Shown here piece by piece: positions 14,600 to 30,630 of a DNA stretch of 64,000 nucleotides; positions within the stretch are counted from its first letter, which is position 1; each line of letters begins with the position of its first letter. This stretch comes from Bugula neritina (Eukaryota; Animalia; Bryozoa): NCBI GenBank assembly GCA_964035545.1, contig OZ037766.1:18067081-18131080 (forward strand), written 5' to 3'. A model generated the notes under the pieces. The model saw only the letters and a program-made list of their open reading frames with translations. It did no database searches and had not been told where the DNA came from. The translations under genes were made by a program, and so were the position numbers.

Positions 14600-16160
14600 A
14601 CATACTGAAAGACACTAAAACTCACTGAAGTATAGTGTATTATCTGGAAATGCACTGTGACATACTGAAATATACTGAAACACGCTGAATTATACTGCAA
14701 CATACTGAAATACACTGCAACATACTGAAATACACTGTAACATACTGAAAGACACTAAAACTCACTGAAGTATAGTGTAATACCTGCAAATGCACTGTAA
14801 CATATTGAAATTTACTGTAACACAGTGAAATATACTGTAACATACTGAAATATACTGTAACATACTGAGATATACTGCAAGATACTGAAATATACTACAA
14901 CTCTCTGAAGTATAGTGTAATTTACGAAAATGTACTGTAACATACTGAAATTTATTGTAACATACTGAGTTATACTGCAACATACTGAAATACACTGTAA
15001 CATACTGAAACATATTGCAAAGTACTGCAACATACTGAAATACACTGTAACATACTGAAAGACGCTGTATCATAATGAAATATACTATAACCCACTGAAA
15101 TATACTGCAACATACTGAAATATACTGTAACAAACTGAAATATACTGCAACATACTGAAATACACTGTAACATACAGAAATACACTGCAACATACTGCAG
15201 CAAACTGCAACATACTGCAACATACTGAAATACACTGTAACATATTGAAATACACTGCAACACATTGAAATATGCTTCAACATACCGAAATATATGGTAA
15301 CCTACTGAAATATGTTGCAAACTACTGAAATATATTGCAACATACTGCAACTTAATGAAATATACTGTAACATACTGAAATATACTGGAAGATACTGAAA
15401 CCTACTGAAATACACTGTAACATACTGAAATACACTGCAACATACTGCAACATACTGAAATACACTGTAACATATTGAAATACATTGCAACACATTGAAA
15501 TAAGTTGCAAGATACTGAATTATACTGCAACATACTGAAAGACACTAAAACTCACTGAAGTATAGTGAAAAATCTGAAAATGCACTGTGGCATACTGAAA
15601 TATACTGAAACACGCTGAAATATACTGGAACATACTGAAATAAACTGCAACATACTGAGATATACTGCAAGATACTGAAATATACTACAACTCACTGAAG
15701 TATAGTGTAGTTTGCAGAAATGTACTGTAACACACTGAAATTTATTGTATCATGCTGAAATATACGGCAACGTACTGAAATACACTGTAACATACTGAAA
15801 TATATTGCAAAATACTGCAACATACTGAAGTATGCTGCAACATACTGAAAGACACTAAAACTCACTGAAGTATAGTGTAATATCTGCAAATGCACTGTAA
15901 CATACTGAAATTACTGTAACACACTGAAATATACTGTAACATACTGAAATATACTGTAACATACGGAGATATACTGCGAGAGACTGAAATATACTACAAC
16001 TCACTGAAGTATAGTGTAATTTTCGGAAATGTACTGTAACATACTGAATTTTATGGTAACATACTGAATTATACTGCAACATACTGAAATATACTGTAAC
16101 GTACTGAAATATGTTGCAAAATACTGCAACATACTGAAATACACTGTAACATACTGAAAT
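14600..16160 (+). repeat. 3866-bp-offset duplication of ~10735-12295 (a second pair lies at ~19360/23226 onward)
   Basis: Offsets 10896/14762, 11826/15692, 19521/23387 and 20614/24480; 9-bp units 12040/15906 and 20665/24531. Boundaries are approximate. Confidence 0.85.
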
Positions 16161-16574
16161 ATACTGTAACATACTGAGATATACTGCAAGATACTGAAAT
16201 ATACTACAACTCACTGAAGTATAGTGTAATTTACGAAAATGTACTGTAACATACTGGAATTTATTGTAACATACTGAATTATACTGCAACATACTGGAAT
16301 ACACTGTAACATACTGAAACATATTGCAAAATACTGCAACATACTGAAATACACTGTAACATACTGAAAGACGCCGTATCATACTGAAATATACTATAAC
16401 CCACTGAAATATACTGCAACATACTGAAAAATACTGTAACATACTGAAATATACTGCAACATACTGAAATACACTGTAACATACAGAAATACACTGCAAC
16501 ATACTGCAGCATACTGCAACATACTGCAACATGCTGAAATACACTGTAACATACTGAAATATATTGCAAAATAC

Positions 16575-19125
16575 TGCAACATACTGAAATACACTGTAAC
16601 ATACAGAAATACACTGCAACATACTGCAGCATACTGCAACATGCTGCAACATACTGAAATACACTGTAACATATTGAAATACACTGCAACACATTGAAAT
16701 TTGCTGTAACATACTGAGATATACTGCAAGACACTGAAACATACTACAGCTCACTGAAGTATAGTGTAATTTACGGAAATGTACTGTAACATACTGAAAT
16801 TTATTGTAACATACTGAAATATACTGCAACATACTGAAATACACTGTAACATACTGAAATATATTGCAAAATACTGCAACATACTGAAATACACTGTAAC
16901 ATGCTCAAATACATTGTATCATATTGCAATATGCTATAACCCACTGAAATATACTGCAACTTAGTGAAATATAATGTAACATACTGAAATATACTGCAAC
17001 ATACTGAAATACACTGTAACATACAGAAGTACGCTGTAACATTCAGAAATACACTGCAACATACTGCAACATACTGAAATACACTGTAACATACTGAAAC
17101 ACACTGCAACATACTGAAATATACTGCAACATACTGGAACATACTGGAATATACTGTAACCCACTGAAATATACTGCAACATACTGAAATATACTGCAAG
17201 ATACTGAAACCTACTGAAATACACTGTAACATACTGAAATACACTGCAACATGCTGCAACATACTGAAATACACTGTAACATATTGAAATACATTGCAAC
17301 ACATTGAAATAAGTTGCAAGATACCGAAATATACTGCAACATACTGAAAGACACTAAAACTCACTGAAGTATAGTGAAAAATCTAAAAATGCACTGTGGC
17401 ATACTGAAATATACTGAAACACGCTGAAATATACTGGAACATACTGAAATAAACTGTAACATACTGAGATATACTGCAAGATACTGAAATATGCTACAAC
17501 TCACTGAAGTATAGTGTAATTTACGGAAATGTACTGTAACATACTGAAATTTATTGTAACATACTGAATTATACTGCAACATACTGAAAAACACTGTAAC
17601 ATACTGAAAGACACTAAAACTCACTGAAGTATAGTGTAATATCTGCAAATGCACTGTAATATATTGAAATTTACTGTAACACAGTGAAATATACTGTAAC
17701 ATACTGAAATATACTGTAACATACTGAGATATACTGCAAGATACTGAAATATACTACAACTCACTGAAGTATAGTGTAATTTACGAAAATGTACTGTAAC
17801 ATACTGAAATTTATTGTAACATACTGAATTATACTGCAACATACTGGAATACACTGTAACATACTGAAACATATTGCAAAATACTGCAACATACTGAAAT
17901 ACGCTGTAACATACTGAAAGACGCCGTATCATACTGAAATATACTATAACCCACTGAAATATACTGCAACATACTGAAAAAAACTGTAACATACTGAAAT
18001 ATACTGCAACATACTGAAATACACTGTAACATACAGAAATACACTGCAACATACTGCAGCATACTGCAACATGCTGCAACACGCTGAAATACACTGTAAC
18101 ATACTGAAATATATTGCAAAATACTGCAACATACTGAAATACACTGTAACATACTGAAAGACACTAAAACTCACTGAAGTATAGTGTAATATCTGGAAAT
18201 GCACTGTGACATACTGAAATATACTGAAACACGCTGAAATATACTGCAACATACTGAAATATACTGTAACATACCGAAATTTATTGTAACATACCGAATT
18301 ATACTGCAACATACTGAAATATACTGTAACATACTGAAATATATTGCAAAATACTGCAACATACTTAAATACACTGTAACATACTGAAAGACACTAAAAC
18401 TCACTGAAGTATAGTGTAATATCTGGAAATGCACTGTGACATACTGAAATATACTGAAACACGCTGAAATATACTTCAACATACTGAAATATACCTAAAA
18501 ATATTGAAACATACTGAAATACACTGTAACATGCTGAAATACACTGTATCATACTGAAGTATACTGTAACGCACTGAAATATACTGCAACATACTGAATT
18601 ATACTGAAACATACTGCAATATCCTGAAATATACTGCAACATGCTGAAATATACTGCAAGACACTGAAACCTATTGAAATACACTGTAACATACTGATAT
18701 ACACTGCAACATACTGAAATACACTGTAACATACAGACATACACTGCAACACACTGCAGCATACTGCAACATGCTGCAACATACTGAAATACACTGTAAC
18801 ATATTGAAATACACTGCAACACATTGAAATATGCTGTAACATACTGAGATATACTGCAAGACACTGAAATATACTACAGCTCACTGAAGTATAGTGTAAT
18901 TTACGGAAATGTACTGTAACATACTGAAATTTATTGTAACATACTGAAATATACTGCAACATACTGAAATACACTGTAACATACTGAAATATATTGCAAA
19001 ATACTGCAACATACTGAAATACACTGTAACATACTCAAATACATTGTATCATACTGGAATATGCTATAACCCACTGAAATATACTGCAACTTACTGAAAT
19101 ATACTGTAACATACTGAAATATACT
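16575..19125 (+). repeat. 12,775-bp-offset duplication of ~3800-6350
   Basis: Offsets 4026/16801, 4586/17361, 4846/17621, 5396/18171 and 5774/18549; shares the rare words CTAAAAATAT and AGACATACAC. Confidence 0.82.
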
Positions 19126-19154
19126 GCAAGATACTGAAATATACTACAACTCAC

Positions 19155-22100
19155 TGAAGTATAGTGTAATATCTGGAAATGCACTGTGACATACTGAAAT
19201 ATACTGAAACACGCTGAAATATACTGCAACATACTGAAATATACTGTAACATACCGAAATTTATTGTAACATACCGAATTATACTGCAACATACTGAAAT
19301 ATACTGTAACATACTGAAATATATTGCAAAATACTGCAACATACTTAAATACACTGTAACATACTGAAAGACACTAAAACTCACTGAAGTATAGTGTAAT
19401 ATCTGGAAATGCACTGTGACATACTGAAATATACTGAAACACGCTGAATTATACTGCAACATACTGAAATACACTGCAACATACTGAAATACACTGTAAC
19501 ATACTGAAAGACACTAAAACTCACTGAAGTATAGTGTAGTACCTGCAAATGCACTGTAACATATTGAAATTTACTGTAACACAGTGAAATATACTGTAAC
19601 ATACTGAAATATACTGTAACATACTGAGATATACTGCAAGATACTGAAATATACTACAACTCTCTGAAGTATAGTGTAATTTACGAAAATGTACTGTAAC
19701 ATACTGAAATTTATTGTAACATACTGAGTTATACTGCAACATACTGAAATACACTGTAACATACTGAAACATATTGCAAAGTACTGCAACATACTGAAAT
19801 ACACTGTAACATACTGAAAGACGCTGTATCATAATGAAATATACTATAACCCACTGAAATATACTGCAACATACTGAAATATACTGTAACAAACTGAAAT
19901 ATACTGCAACATACTGAAATACACTGTAACATACAGAAATACACTGCAACATACTGCAGCAAACTGCAACATACTGCAACATACTGAAATACACTGTAAC
20001 ATATTGAAATACACTGCAACACATTGAAATATGCTTCAACATACCGAAATATATGGTAACCTACTGAAATATGTTGCAAACTACTGAAATATATTGCAAC
20101 ATACTGCAACTTAATGAAATATACTGTAACATACTGAAATATACTGGAAGATACTGAAACCTACTGAAATACACTGTAACATACTGAAATACACTGCAAC
20201 ATACTGCAACATACTGAAATACACTGTAACATATTGAAATACATTGCAACACATTGAAATAAGTTGCAAGATACTGAATTATACTGCAACATACTGAAAG
20301 ACACTAAAACTCACTGAAGTATAGTGAAAAATCTGAAAATGCACTGTGGCATACTGAAATATACTGAAACACGCTGAAATACACTGGAACATACTGAAAT
20401 AAACTGCAACATACTGAGATATACTGCAAGATACTGAAATATACTACAACTCACTGAAGTATAGTGTAGTTTGCAGAAATGTACTGTAACACACTGAAAT
20501 TTATTGTATCATGCTGAAATATACGGCAACGTACTGAAATACACTGTAACATACTGAAATATATTGCAAAATACTGCAACATACTGAAGTATGCTGCAAC
20601 ATACTGAAAGACACTAAAACTCACTGAAGTATAGTGTAATATCTGCAAATGCACTGTAACATACTGAAATTACTGTAACACACTGAAATATACTGTAACA
20701 TACTGAAATATACTGTAACATACGGAGATATACTGCGAGATACTGAAATATACTACAACTCACTGAAGTATAGTGTAATTTTCGGAAATGTACTGTAACA
20801 TACTGAATTTTATGGTAACATACTGAATTATACTGCAACATACTGAAATATACTGTAACGTACTGAAATATGTTGCAAAATACTGCAACATACTGAAATA
20901 CACTGTAACATACTGAAATACGCTGTATCATACTGAAATATACTATAACCCACTGAAATATACTGCAACATACTGAAATATACTGTAACATACTGAAATA
21001 TACTGCAACATACTGAAATACACTGTAACATACAGAAATACACTGCAACATACTGCAGCATACTGCAACATGCTGCAACATACTGAAATACACTGTAACA
21101 TATTGAAATACACTGCAACACATTGAAATTTGCTGTAACATACTGAGATATACTGCAAGACACTGAAATATACTACAGCTCACTGAAGTATAGTGTAATT
21201 TACGGAAATGTACTGTAACATACTGAAATTTATTGTAACATACTGAAATATACTGCAACATACTGAAATACACTGTAACATACTGAAATATATTGCAAAA
21301 TACTGCAACATACTGAAATACACTGTAACATACTCAAATACATTGTATCATATTGCAATATGCTATAACTCACTGAAATATACTGCAACTTAGTGAAATA
21401 TACTGTAACATACTGAAATATACTGCAACATACTGAAATACACTGTAACATACAGAAGTACGCTGTAACATACAGAAATACACTGCAACATACTGCAACA
21501 TACTGAAATACACTGTAACATACTGAAACACACTGCAACATACTGAAATATACTGCAACATACTGGAACATACTGGAATATACTGTAACCCACTGAAATA
21601 TACTGCAACATACTGAAATATACTGCAAGATACTGAAACCTACTGTAATACACTGTAACATACTGAAATACACTGCAACATGCAACATACTGAAATACAC
21701 TGTAACATATTGAAATACATTGCAACACATTGAAATAAGTTGCAAGATACCGAAATATACTGCAACATACTGAAAGACACTAAAACTCACTGAAGTATAG
21801 TGAAAAATCTAAAAATGCACTGTGGCATACTGAAATATACTGAAACACGCTGAAATATACTGGAACATACTGAAATAAACTGTAACATACTGAGATATAC
21901 TGCAAGATACTGAAATATGCTACAACTCACTGAAGTATAGTGTAATTTACGGAAATGTACTGTAACATACTGAAATTTATTGTAACATACTGAATTACAC
22001 TGCAACATACTGAAAAACACTGTAACATACTGAAAGACACTAAAACTCACTGAAGTATAGTGTAATATTTGCAAATGCACTGTAATATATTGAAATTTAC

Positions 22101-24785
22101 TGTAACACAGTGAAATATACTGTAACATACTGAAATATACTGTAACATACTGAGATATACTGCAAGATACTGAAATATACTACAACTCACTGAAGTATAG
22201 TGTAATTTACGAAAATGTACTGTAACATACTGGAATTTATTGTAACATACTGAATTATACTGCAACATACTGGAATACACTGTAACATACTGAAACATAT
22301 TGCAAAATACTGCAACATACTGAAATACACTGTAACATACTGAAAGACGCCGTATCATACTGAAATATACTATAACCCACTGAAATATACTGCAACATAC
22401 TGAAAAATACTGTAACATACTGAAATATACTGCAACATACTGAAATACACTGTAACATACAGAAATACACTGCAACATACTGCAGCATACTGCAACATAC
22501 TGCAACATGCTGAAATACACTGTAACATACTGAAATATATTGCAAAATACTGCAACATACTGAAATACACTGTAACATACAGAAATACACTGCAACACAC
22601 TGCAGCATACTGCAACATGCTGCAACATACTGAAATACACTGTAACATATTGAAATACACTGCAACACATTGAAATTTGCTGTAACATACTGAGATATAC
22701 TGCAAGACACTGAAATATACTACAGCTCACTGAAGTATAGTGTAATTTACGGAAATGTACTGTAACATACTGAAATTTATTGTAACATACTGAAATATAC
22801 TGCAACATACTGAAATACACTGTAACATACTGAAATATATTGCAAAATACTGCAACATACTGAAATACACTGTAACATGCTCAAATACATTGTATCATAT
22901 TGCAATATGCTATAACCCACTGAAATATACTGCAACTTAGTGAAATATACTGTAACATACTGAAATATACTGCAACATACTGAAATACACTGTAACATAC
23001 AGAAGTACGCTGTAACATTCAGAAATACACTGCAACATACTGCAACATACTGAAATACACTGTAACATACTGAAACACACTGCAACATACTGAAATATAC
23101 TGCAACATACTTGAACATACTGGAATATACTGTAACCCACTGAAATATACTGCAACATACTGAAATATACTGTAACATACTGAAATATATTGCAAAATAC
23201 TGCAACATACTTAAATACACTGTAACATACTGAAAGACACTAAAACTCACTGAAGTATAGTGTAATATCTGGAAATGCACTGTGACATACTGAAATATAC
23301 TGAAACACGCTGAATTATACTGCAACATACTGAAATACACTGCAACATACTGAAATACACTGTAACATACTGAAAGACACTAAAACTCACTGAAGTATAG
23401 TGTAATACCTGCAAATGCACTGTAACATATTGAAATTTACTGTAACACAGTGAAATATACTGTAACATACTGAAATATACTGTAACATACTGAGATATAC
23501 TGCAAGATACTGAAATATACTACAACTCTCTGAAGTATAGTGTAATTTACGAAAATGTACTGTAACATACTGAAATTTATTGTAACATACTGAGTTATAC
23601 TGCAACATACTGAAATACACTGTAACATACTGAAACATATTGCAAAGTACTGCAACATACTGAAATACACTGTAACATACTGAAAGACGCTGTATCATAA
23701 TGAAATATACTATAACCCACTGAAATATACTGCAACATACTGAAATATACTGTAACAAACTGAAATATACTGCAACATACTGAAATACACTGTAACATAC
23801 AGAAATACACTGCAACATACTGCAGCAAACTGCAACATACTGCAACATACTGAAATACACTGTAACATATTGAAATACACTGCAACACATTGAAATATGC
23901 TTCAACATACCGAAATATATGGTAACCTACTGAAATATGTTGCAAACTACTGAAATATATTGCAACATACTGCAACTTAATGAAATATACTGTAACATAC
24001 TGAAATATACTGGAAGATACTGAAACCTACTGAAATACACTGTAACATACTGAAATACACTGCAACATACTGCAACATACTGAAATACACTGTAACATAT
24101 TGAAATACATTGCAACACATTGAAATAAGTTGCAAGATACTGAATTATACTGCAACATACTGAAAGACACTAAAACTCACTGAAGTATAGTGAAAAATCT
24201 GAAAATGCACTGTGGCATACTGAAATATACTGAAACACGCTGAAATATACTGGAACATACTGAAATAAACTGCAACATACTGAGATATACTGCAAGATAC
24301 TGAAATATACTACAACTCACTGAAGTATAGTGTAGTTTGCAGAAATGTACTGTAACACACTGAAATTTATTGTATCATGCTGAAATATACGGCAACGTAC
24401 TGAAATACACTGTAACATACTGAAATATATTGCAAAATACTGCAACATACTGAAGTATGCTGCAACATACTGAAAGACACTAAAACTCACTGAAGTATAG
24501 TGTAATATCTGCAAATGCACTGTAACATACTGAAATTACTGTAACACACTGAAATATACTGTAACATACTGAAATATACTGTAACATACGGAGATATACT
24601 GCGAGATACTGAAATATACTACAACTCACTGAAGTATAGTGTAATTTTCGGAAATGTACTGTAACATACTGAATTTTATGGTAACATACTGAATTATACT
24701 GCAACATACTGAAATATACTGTAACGTACTGAAATATGTTGCAAAATACTGCAACATACTGAAATACACTGTAACATACTGAAAT
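19155..24785 (+). repeat. 8625-bp-offset near-identical duplication of ~10530-16160
   Basis: Offsets 10526/19151, 12605/21230, 14152/22777 and 15692/24317; shared 7-bp unit 13049/21674 and 9-bp units 12040/20665 and 15906/24531. Confidence 0.9.
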
Positions 24786-25369
24786 ACGCTGTATCATACT
24801 GAAATATACTATAACCCACTGAAATATACTGCAACATACTGAAATATACTGTAACATACTGAAATATACTGCAACATACTGAAATACACTGTAACATACA
24901 GAAATACACTGCAACATACTGCAGCATACTGCAACATGCTGCAACATACTGAAATACACTGTAACATATTGAAATACACTGCAACACATTGAAATTTGCT
25001 GTAACATACTGAGATATACTGCAAGACACTGAAATATACTACAGCTCACTGAAGTATAGTGTAATTTACGGAAATGTACTGTAACATACTGAAATTTATT
25101 GTAACATACCGAAATATACTGCAACATACTGAAATACACTGTAACATACTGAAATATATTGCAAAATACTGCAACATACTGAAATACACTGTAACATACT
25201 CAAATACATTGTATCATATTGCAATATGCTATAACTCACTGAAATATACTGCAACTTAGTGAAATATACTGTAACATACTGAAATATACTGCAACATACT
25301 GAAATACACTGTAACATACAGAAGTACGCTGTAACATACAGAAATACACTGCAACATACTGCAACATAC

Positions 25370-28300
25370 TGAAATACACTGTAACATACTGAAACACACT
25401 GCAACATACTGAAATATACTGCAACATACTGGAACATACTGGAATATACTGTAACCCACTGAAATATACTGCAACATACTGAAATATACTGCAAGATACT
25501 GAAACCTACTGTAATACACTGTAACATACTGAAATACACTGCAACATGCTGCAACATACTGAAATACACTGTAACATATTGAAATACATTGCAACACATT
25601 GAAATAAGTTGCAAGATACCGAAATATACTGCAACATACTGAAAGACACTAAAACTCACTGAAGTATAGTGAAAAATCTAAAAATGCACTGTGGCATACT
25701 GAAATATACTGAAACACGCTGAAATATACTGGAACATACTGAAATAAACTGTAACATACTGAGATATACTGCAAGATACTGAAATATGCTACAACTCACT
25801 GAAGTATAGTGTAATTTACGGAAATGTACTGTATCATACTGAAATTTATTGTAACATACTGAATTACACTGCAACATACTGAAAAACACTGTAACATACT
25901 GAAAGACACTAAAACTCACTGAAGTATAGTGTAATATCTGCAAATGCACTGTAATATATTGAAATTTACTGTAACACAGTGAAATATACTGTAACATACT
26001 GAAATATACTGTAACATACTGAGATATACTGCAAGATACTGAAATATACTACAACTCACTGAAGTATAGTGTAATTTACGAAAATGTACTGTAACATACT
26101 GGAATTTATTGTAACATACTGAATTATACTGCAACATACTGGAATACACTGTAACATACTGAAACATATTGCAAAATACTGCAACATACTGAAATACACT
26201 GTAACATACTGAAAGACGCCGTATCATACTGAAATATACTATAACCCACTGAAATATACTGCAACATACTGAAAAATACTGTAACATACTGAAATATACT
26301 GCAACATACTGAAATACACTGTAACATACAGAAATACACTGCAACATACTGCAGCATACTGCAACATACTGCAACATGCTGAAATACACTGTAACATACT
26401 GAAATATATTGCAAAATACTGCAACATACTGAAATACACTGTAACATACAGAAATACACTGCAACATACTGCAGCATACTGCAACATGCTGCAACATACT
26501 GAAATACACTGTAACATATTGAAATACACTGCAACACATTGAAATTTGCTGTAACATACTGAGATATACTGCAAGACACTGAAACATACTACAGCTCACT
26601 GAAGTATAGTGTAATTTACGGAAATGTACTGTAACATACTGAAATTTATTGTAACATACTGAAATATACTGCAACATACTGAAATACACTGTAACATACT
26701 GAAATATATTGCAAAATACTGCAACATACTGAAATACACTGTAACATGCTCAAATACATTGTATCATATTGCAATATGCTATAACCCACTGAAATATACT
26801 GCAACTTAGTGAAATATAATGTAACATACTGAAATATACTGCAACATACTGAAATACACTGTAACATACAGAAGTACGCTGTAACATTCAGAAATACACT
26901 GCAACATACTGCAACATACTGAAATACACTGTAACATACTGAAATATATTGCAAAATACTGCAACATACTGAAATACACTGTAACATACTGAAAGACACT
27001 AAAACTCACTGAAGTATAGTGTAATATCTGGAAATACACTGTAACATACTGAAACACACTGCAACATACTGAAATATACTGCAACATACTGGAACATACT
27101 GGAATATACTGTAACCCACTGAAATATACTGCAACATACTGAAATATACTGCAAGATACTGAAACCTACTGTAATACACTGTAACATACTGAAATACACT
27201 GCAACATGCTGCAACATACTGAAATACACTGTAACATATTGAAATACATTGCAACACATTGAAATAAGTTGCAAGATACCGAAATATACTGCAACATACT
27301 GAAAGACACTAAAACTCACTGAAGTATAGTGAAAAATCTAAAAATGCACTGTGGCATACTGAAATATACTGAAACACGCTGAAATATACTGGAACATACT
27401 GAAATAAACTGTAACATACTGAGATATACTGCAAGATACTGAAATATGCTACAACTCACTGAAGTATAGTGTAATTTACGGAAATGTACTGTAACATACT
27501 GAAATTTATTGTAACATACTGAATTACACTGCAACATACTGAAAAACACTGTAACATACTGAAAGACACTAAAACTCACTGAAGTATAGTGTAATATCTG
27601 CAAATGCACTGTAATATATTGAAATTTACTGTAACACAGTGAAATATACTGTAACATACTGAAATATACTGTAACATACTGAGATATACTGCAAGATACT
27701 GAAATATACTACAACTCACTGAAGTATAGTGTAATTTACGAAAATGTACTGTAACATACTGGAATTTATTGTAACATACTGAATTATACTGCAACATACT
27801 GGAATACACTGTAACATACTGAAACATATTGCAAAATACTGCAACATACTGAAATACACTGTAACATACTGAAAGACGCCGTATCATACTGAAATATACT
27901 ATAACCCACTGAAATATACTGCAACATACTGAAAAATACTGTAACATACTGAAATATACTGCAACATACTGAAATACACTGTAACATACAGAAATACACT
28001 GCAACATACTGCAGCATACTGCAACATACTGCAACATGCTGAAATACACTGTAACATACTGAAATATATTGCAAAATACTGCAACATACTGAAATACACT
28101 GTAACATACAGAAATACACTGCAACATACTGCAGCATACTGCAACATGCTGCAACATACTGAAATACACTGTAACATATTGAAATACACTGCAACACATT
28201 GAAATTTGCTGTAACATACTGAGATATACTGCAAGACACTGAAACATACTACAGCTCACTGAAGTATAGTGTAATTTACGGAAATGTACTGTAACATACT

Positions 28301-28604
28301 GAAATTTATTGTAACATACTGAAATATACTGCAACATACTGAAATACACTGTAACATACTGAAATATATTGCAAAATACTGCAACATACTGAAATACACT
28401 GTAACATGCTCAAATACATTGTATCATATTGCAATATGCTATAACCCACTGAAATATACTGCAACTTAGTGAAATATAATGTAACATACTGAAATATACT
28501 GCAACATACTGAAATACACTGTAACATACAGAAGTACGCTGTAACATTCAGAAATACACTGCAACATACTGCAACATACTGAAATACACTGTAACATACT
28601 GAAA
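25370..28604 (+). repeat. 1660-bp tandem duplication (25370-26944 and 27030-28604) joined by a ~90-bp patch
   Basis: Offsets 25656/27316, 25916/27576 and 26646/28306; one substitution seen (25831 GTATC vs 27491 GTAAC). Confidence 0.87.
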
Positions 28605-30630
28605 CACACTGCAACATACTGAAATATACTGCAACATACTGGAACATACTGGAATATACTGTAACCCACTGAAATATACTGCAACATACTGAAATATACT
28701 GCAAGATACTGAAACCTACTGAAATACACTGTAACATACTGAAATACACTGCAACATGCTGCAACATACTGAAATACACTGTAACATATTGAAATACATT
28801 GCAACACATTGAAATAAGTTGCAAGATACCGAAATATACTGCAACATACTGAAAGACACTAAAACTCACTGAAGTATAGTGAAAAATCTAAAAATGCACT
28901 GTGGCATACTGAAATATACTGAAACACGCTGAAATATACTGGAACATACTGAAATAAACTGTAACATACTGAGATATACTGCAAGATACTGAAATATGCT
29001 ACAACTCACTGAAGTATAGTGTAATTTACGGAAATGTACTGTAACATACTGAAATTTATTGTAACATACTGAATTATACTGCAACATACTGAAAAACACT
29101 GTAACATACTGAAAGACACTAAAACTCACTGAAGTATAGTGTAATATCTGCAAATGCACTGTAATATATTGAAATTTACTGTAACACAGTGAAATATACT
29201 GTAACATACTGAAATATACTGTAACATACTGAGATATACTGCAAGATACTGAAATATACTACAACTCACTGAAGTATAGTGTAATTTACGAAAATGTACT
29301 GTAACATACTGAAATTTATTGTAACATACTGAATTATACTGCAACATACTGGAATACACTGTAACATACTGAAACATATTGCAAAATACTGCAACATACT
29401 GAAATACGCTGTAACATACTGAAAGACGCCGTATCATACTGAAATATACTATAACCCACTGAAATATACTGCAACATACTGAAAAAAACTGTAACATACT
29501 GAAATATACTGCAACATACTGAAATACACTGTAACATACAGAAATACACTGCAACATACTGCAGCATACTGCAACATGCTGCAACACGCTGAAATACACT
29601 GTAACATACTGAAATATATTGCAAAATACTGCAACATACTGAAATACACTGTAACATACTGAAAGACACTAAAACTCACTGAAGTATAGTGTAATATCTG
29701 GAAATGCACTGTGACATACTGAAATATACTGAAACACGCTGAAATATACTGCAACATACTGAAATATACTGTAACATACCGAAATTTATTGTAACATACC
29801 GAATTATACTGCAACATACTGAAATATACTGTAACATACTGAAATATATTGCAAAATACTGCAACATACTTAAATACACTGTAACATACTGAAAGACACT
29901 AAAACTCACTGAAGTATAGTGTAATATCTGGAAATGCACTGTGACATACTGAAATATACTGAAACACGCTGAAATATACTTCAACATACTGAAATATACC
30001 TAAAAATATTGAAACATACTGAAATACACTGTAACATGCTGAAATACACTGTATCATACTGAAGTATACTGTAACGCACTGAAATATACTGCAACATACT
30101 GAATTATACTGAAACATACTGCAATATCCTGAAATATACTGCAACATGCTGAAATATACTGCAAGACACTGAAACCTATTGAAATACACTGTAACATACT
30201 GATATACACTGCAACATACTGAAATACACTGTAACATACAGACATACACTGCAACACACTGCAGCATACTGCAACATGCTGCAACATACTGAAATACACT
30301 GTAACATATTGAAATACACTGCAACACATTGAAATATGCTGTAACATACTGAGATATACTGCAAGACACTGAAATATACTACAGCTCACTGAAGTATAGT
30401 GTAATTTACGGAAATGTACTGTAACATACTGAAATTTATTGTAACATACTGAAATATACTGCAACATACTGAAATACACTGTAACATACTGAAATATATT
30501 GCAAAATACTGCAACATACTGAAATACACTGTAACATACTCAAATACATTGTATCATACTGGAATATGCTATAACCCACTGAAATATACTGCAACTTACT
30601 GAAATATACTGTAACATACTGAAATATACT
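27670..30630 (+). repeat. 11,505-bp-offset duplication of ~16165-19125
   Basis: Offsets 16279/27784, 16801/28306, 17621/29126 and 18549/30054; shared private variants TGAAAAAAAC, CCTATTG and ATATAATGTAAC. Confidence 0.87.

Noticed and set aside
25074-25259. Single plus-strand 61-aa ORF
   Set aside because: A chance gap in stop codons, helped by a TGA-to-CGA variant at 25110; it is pure satellite sequence.
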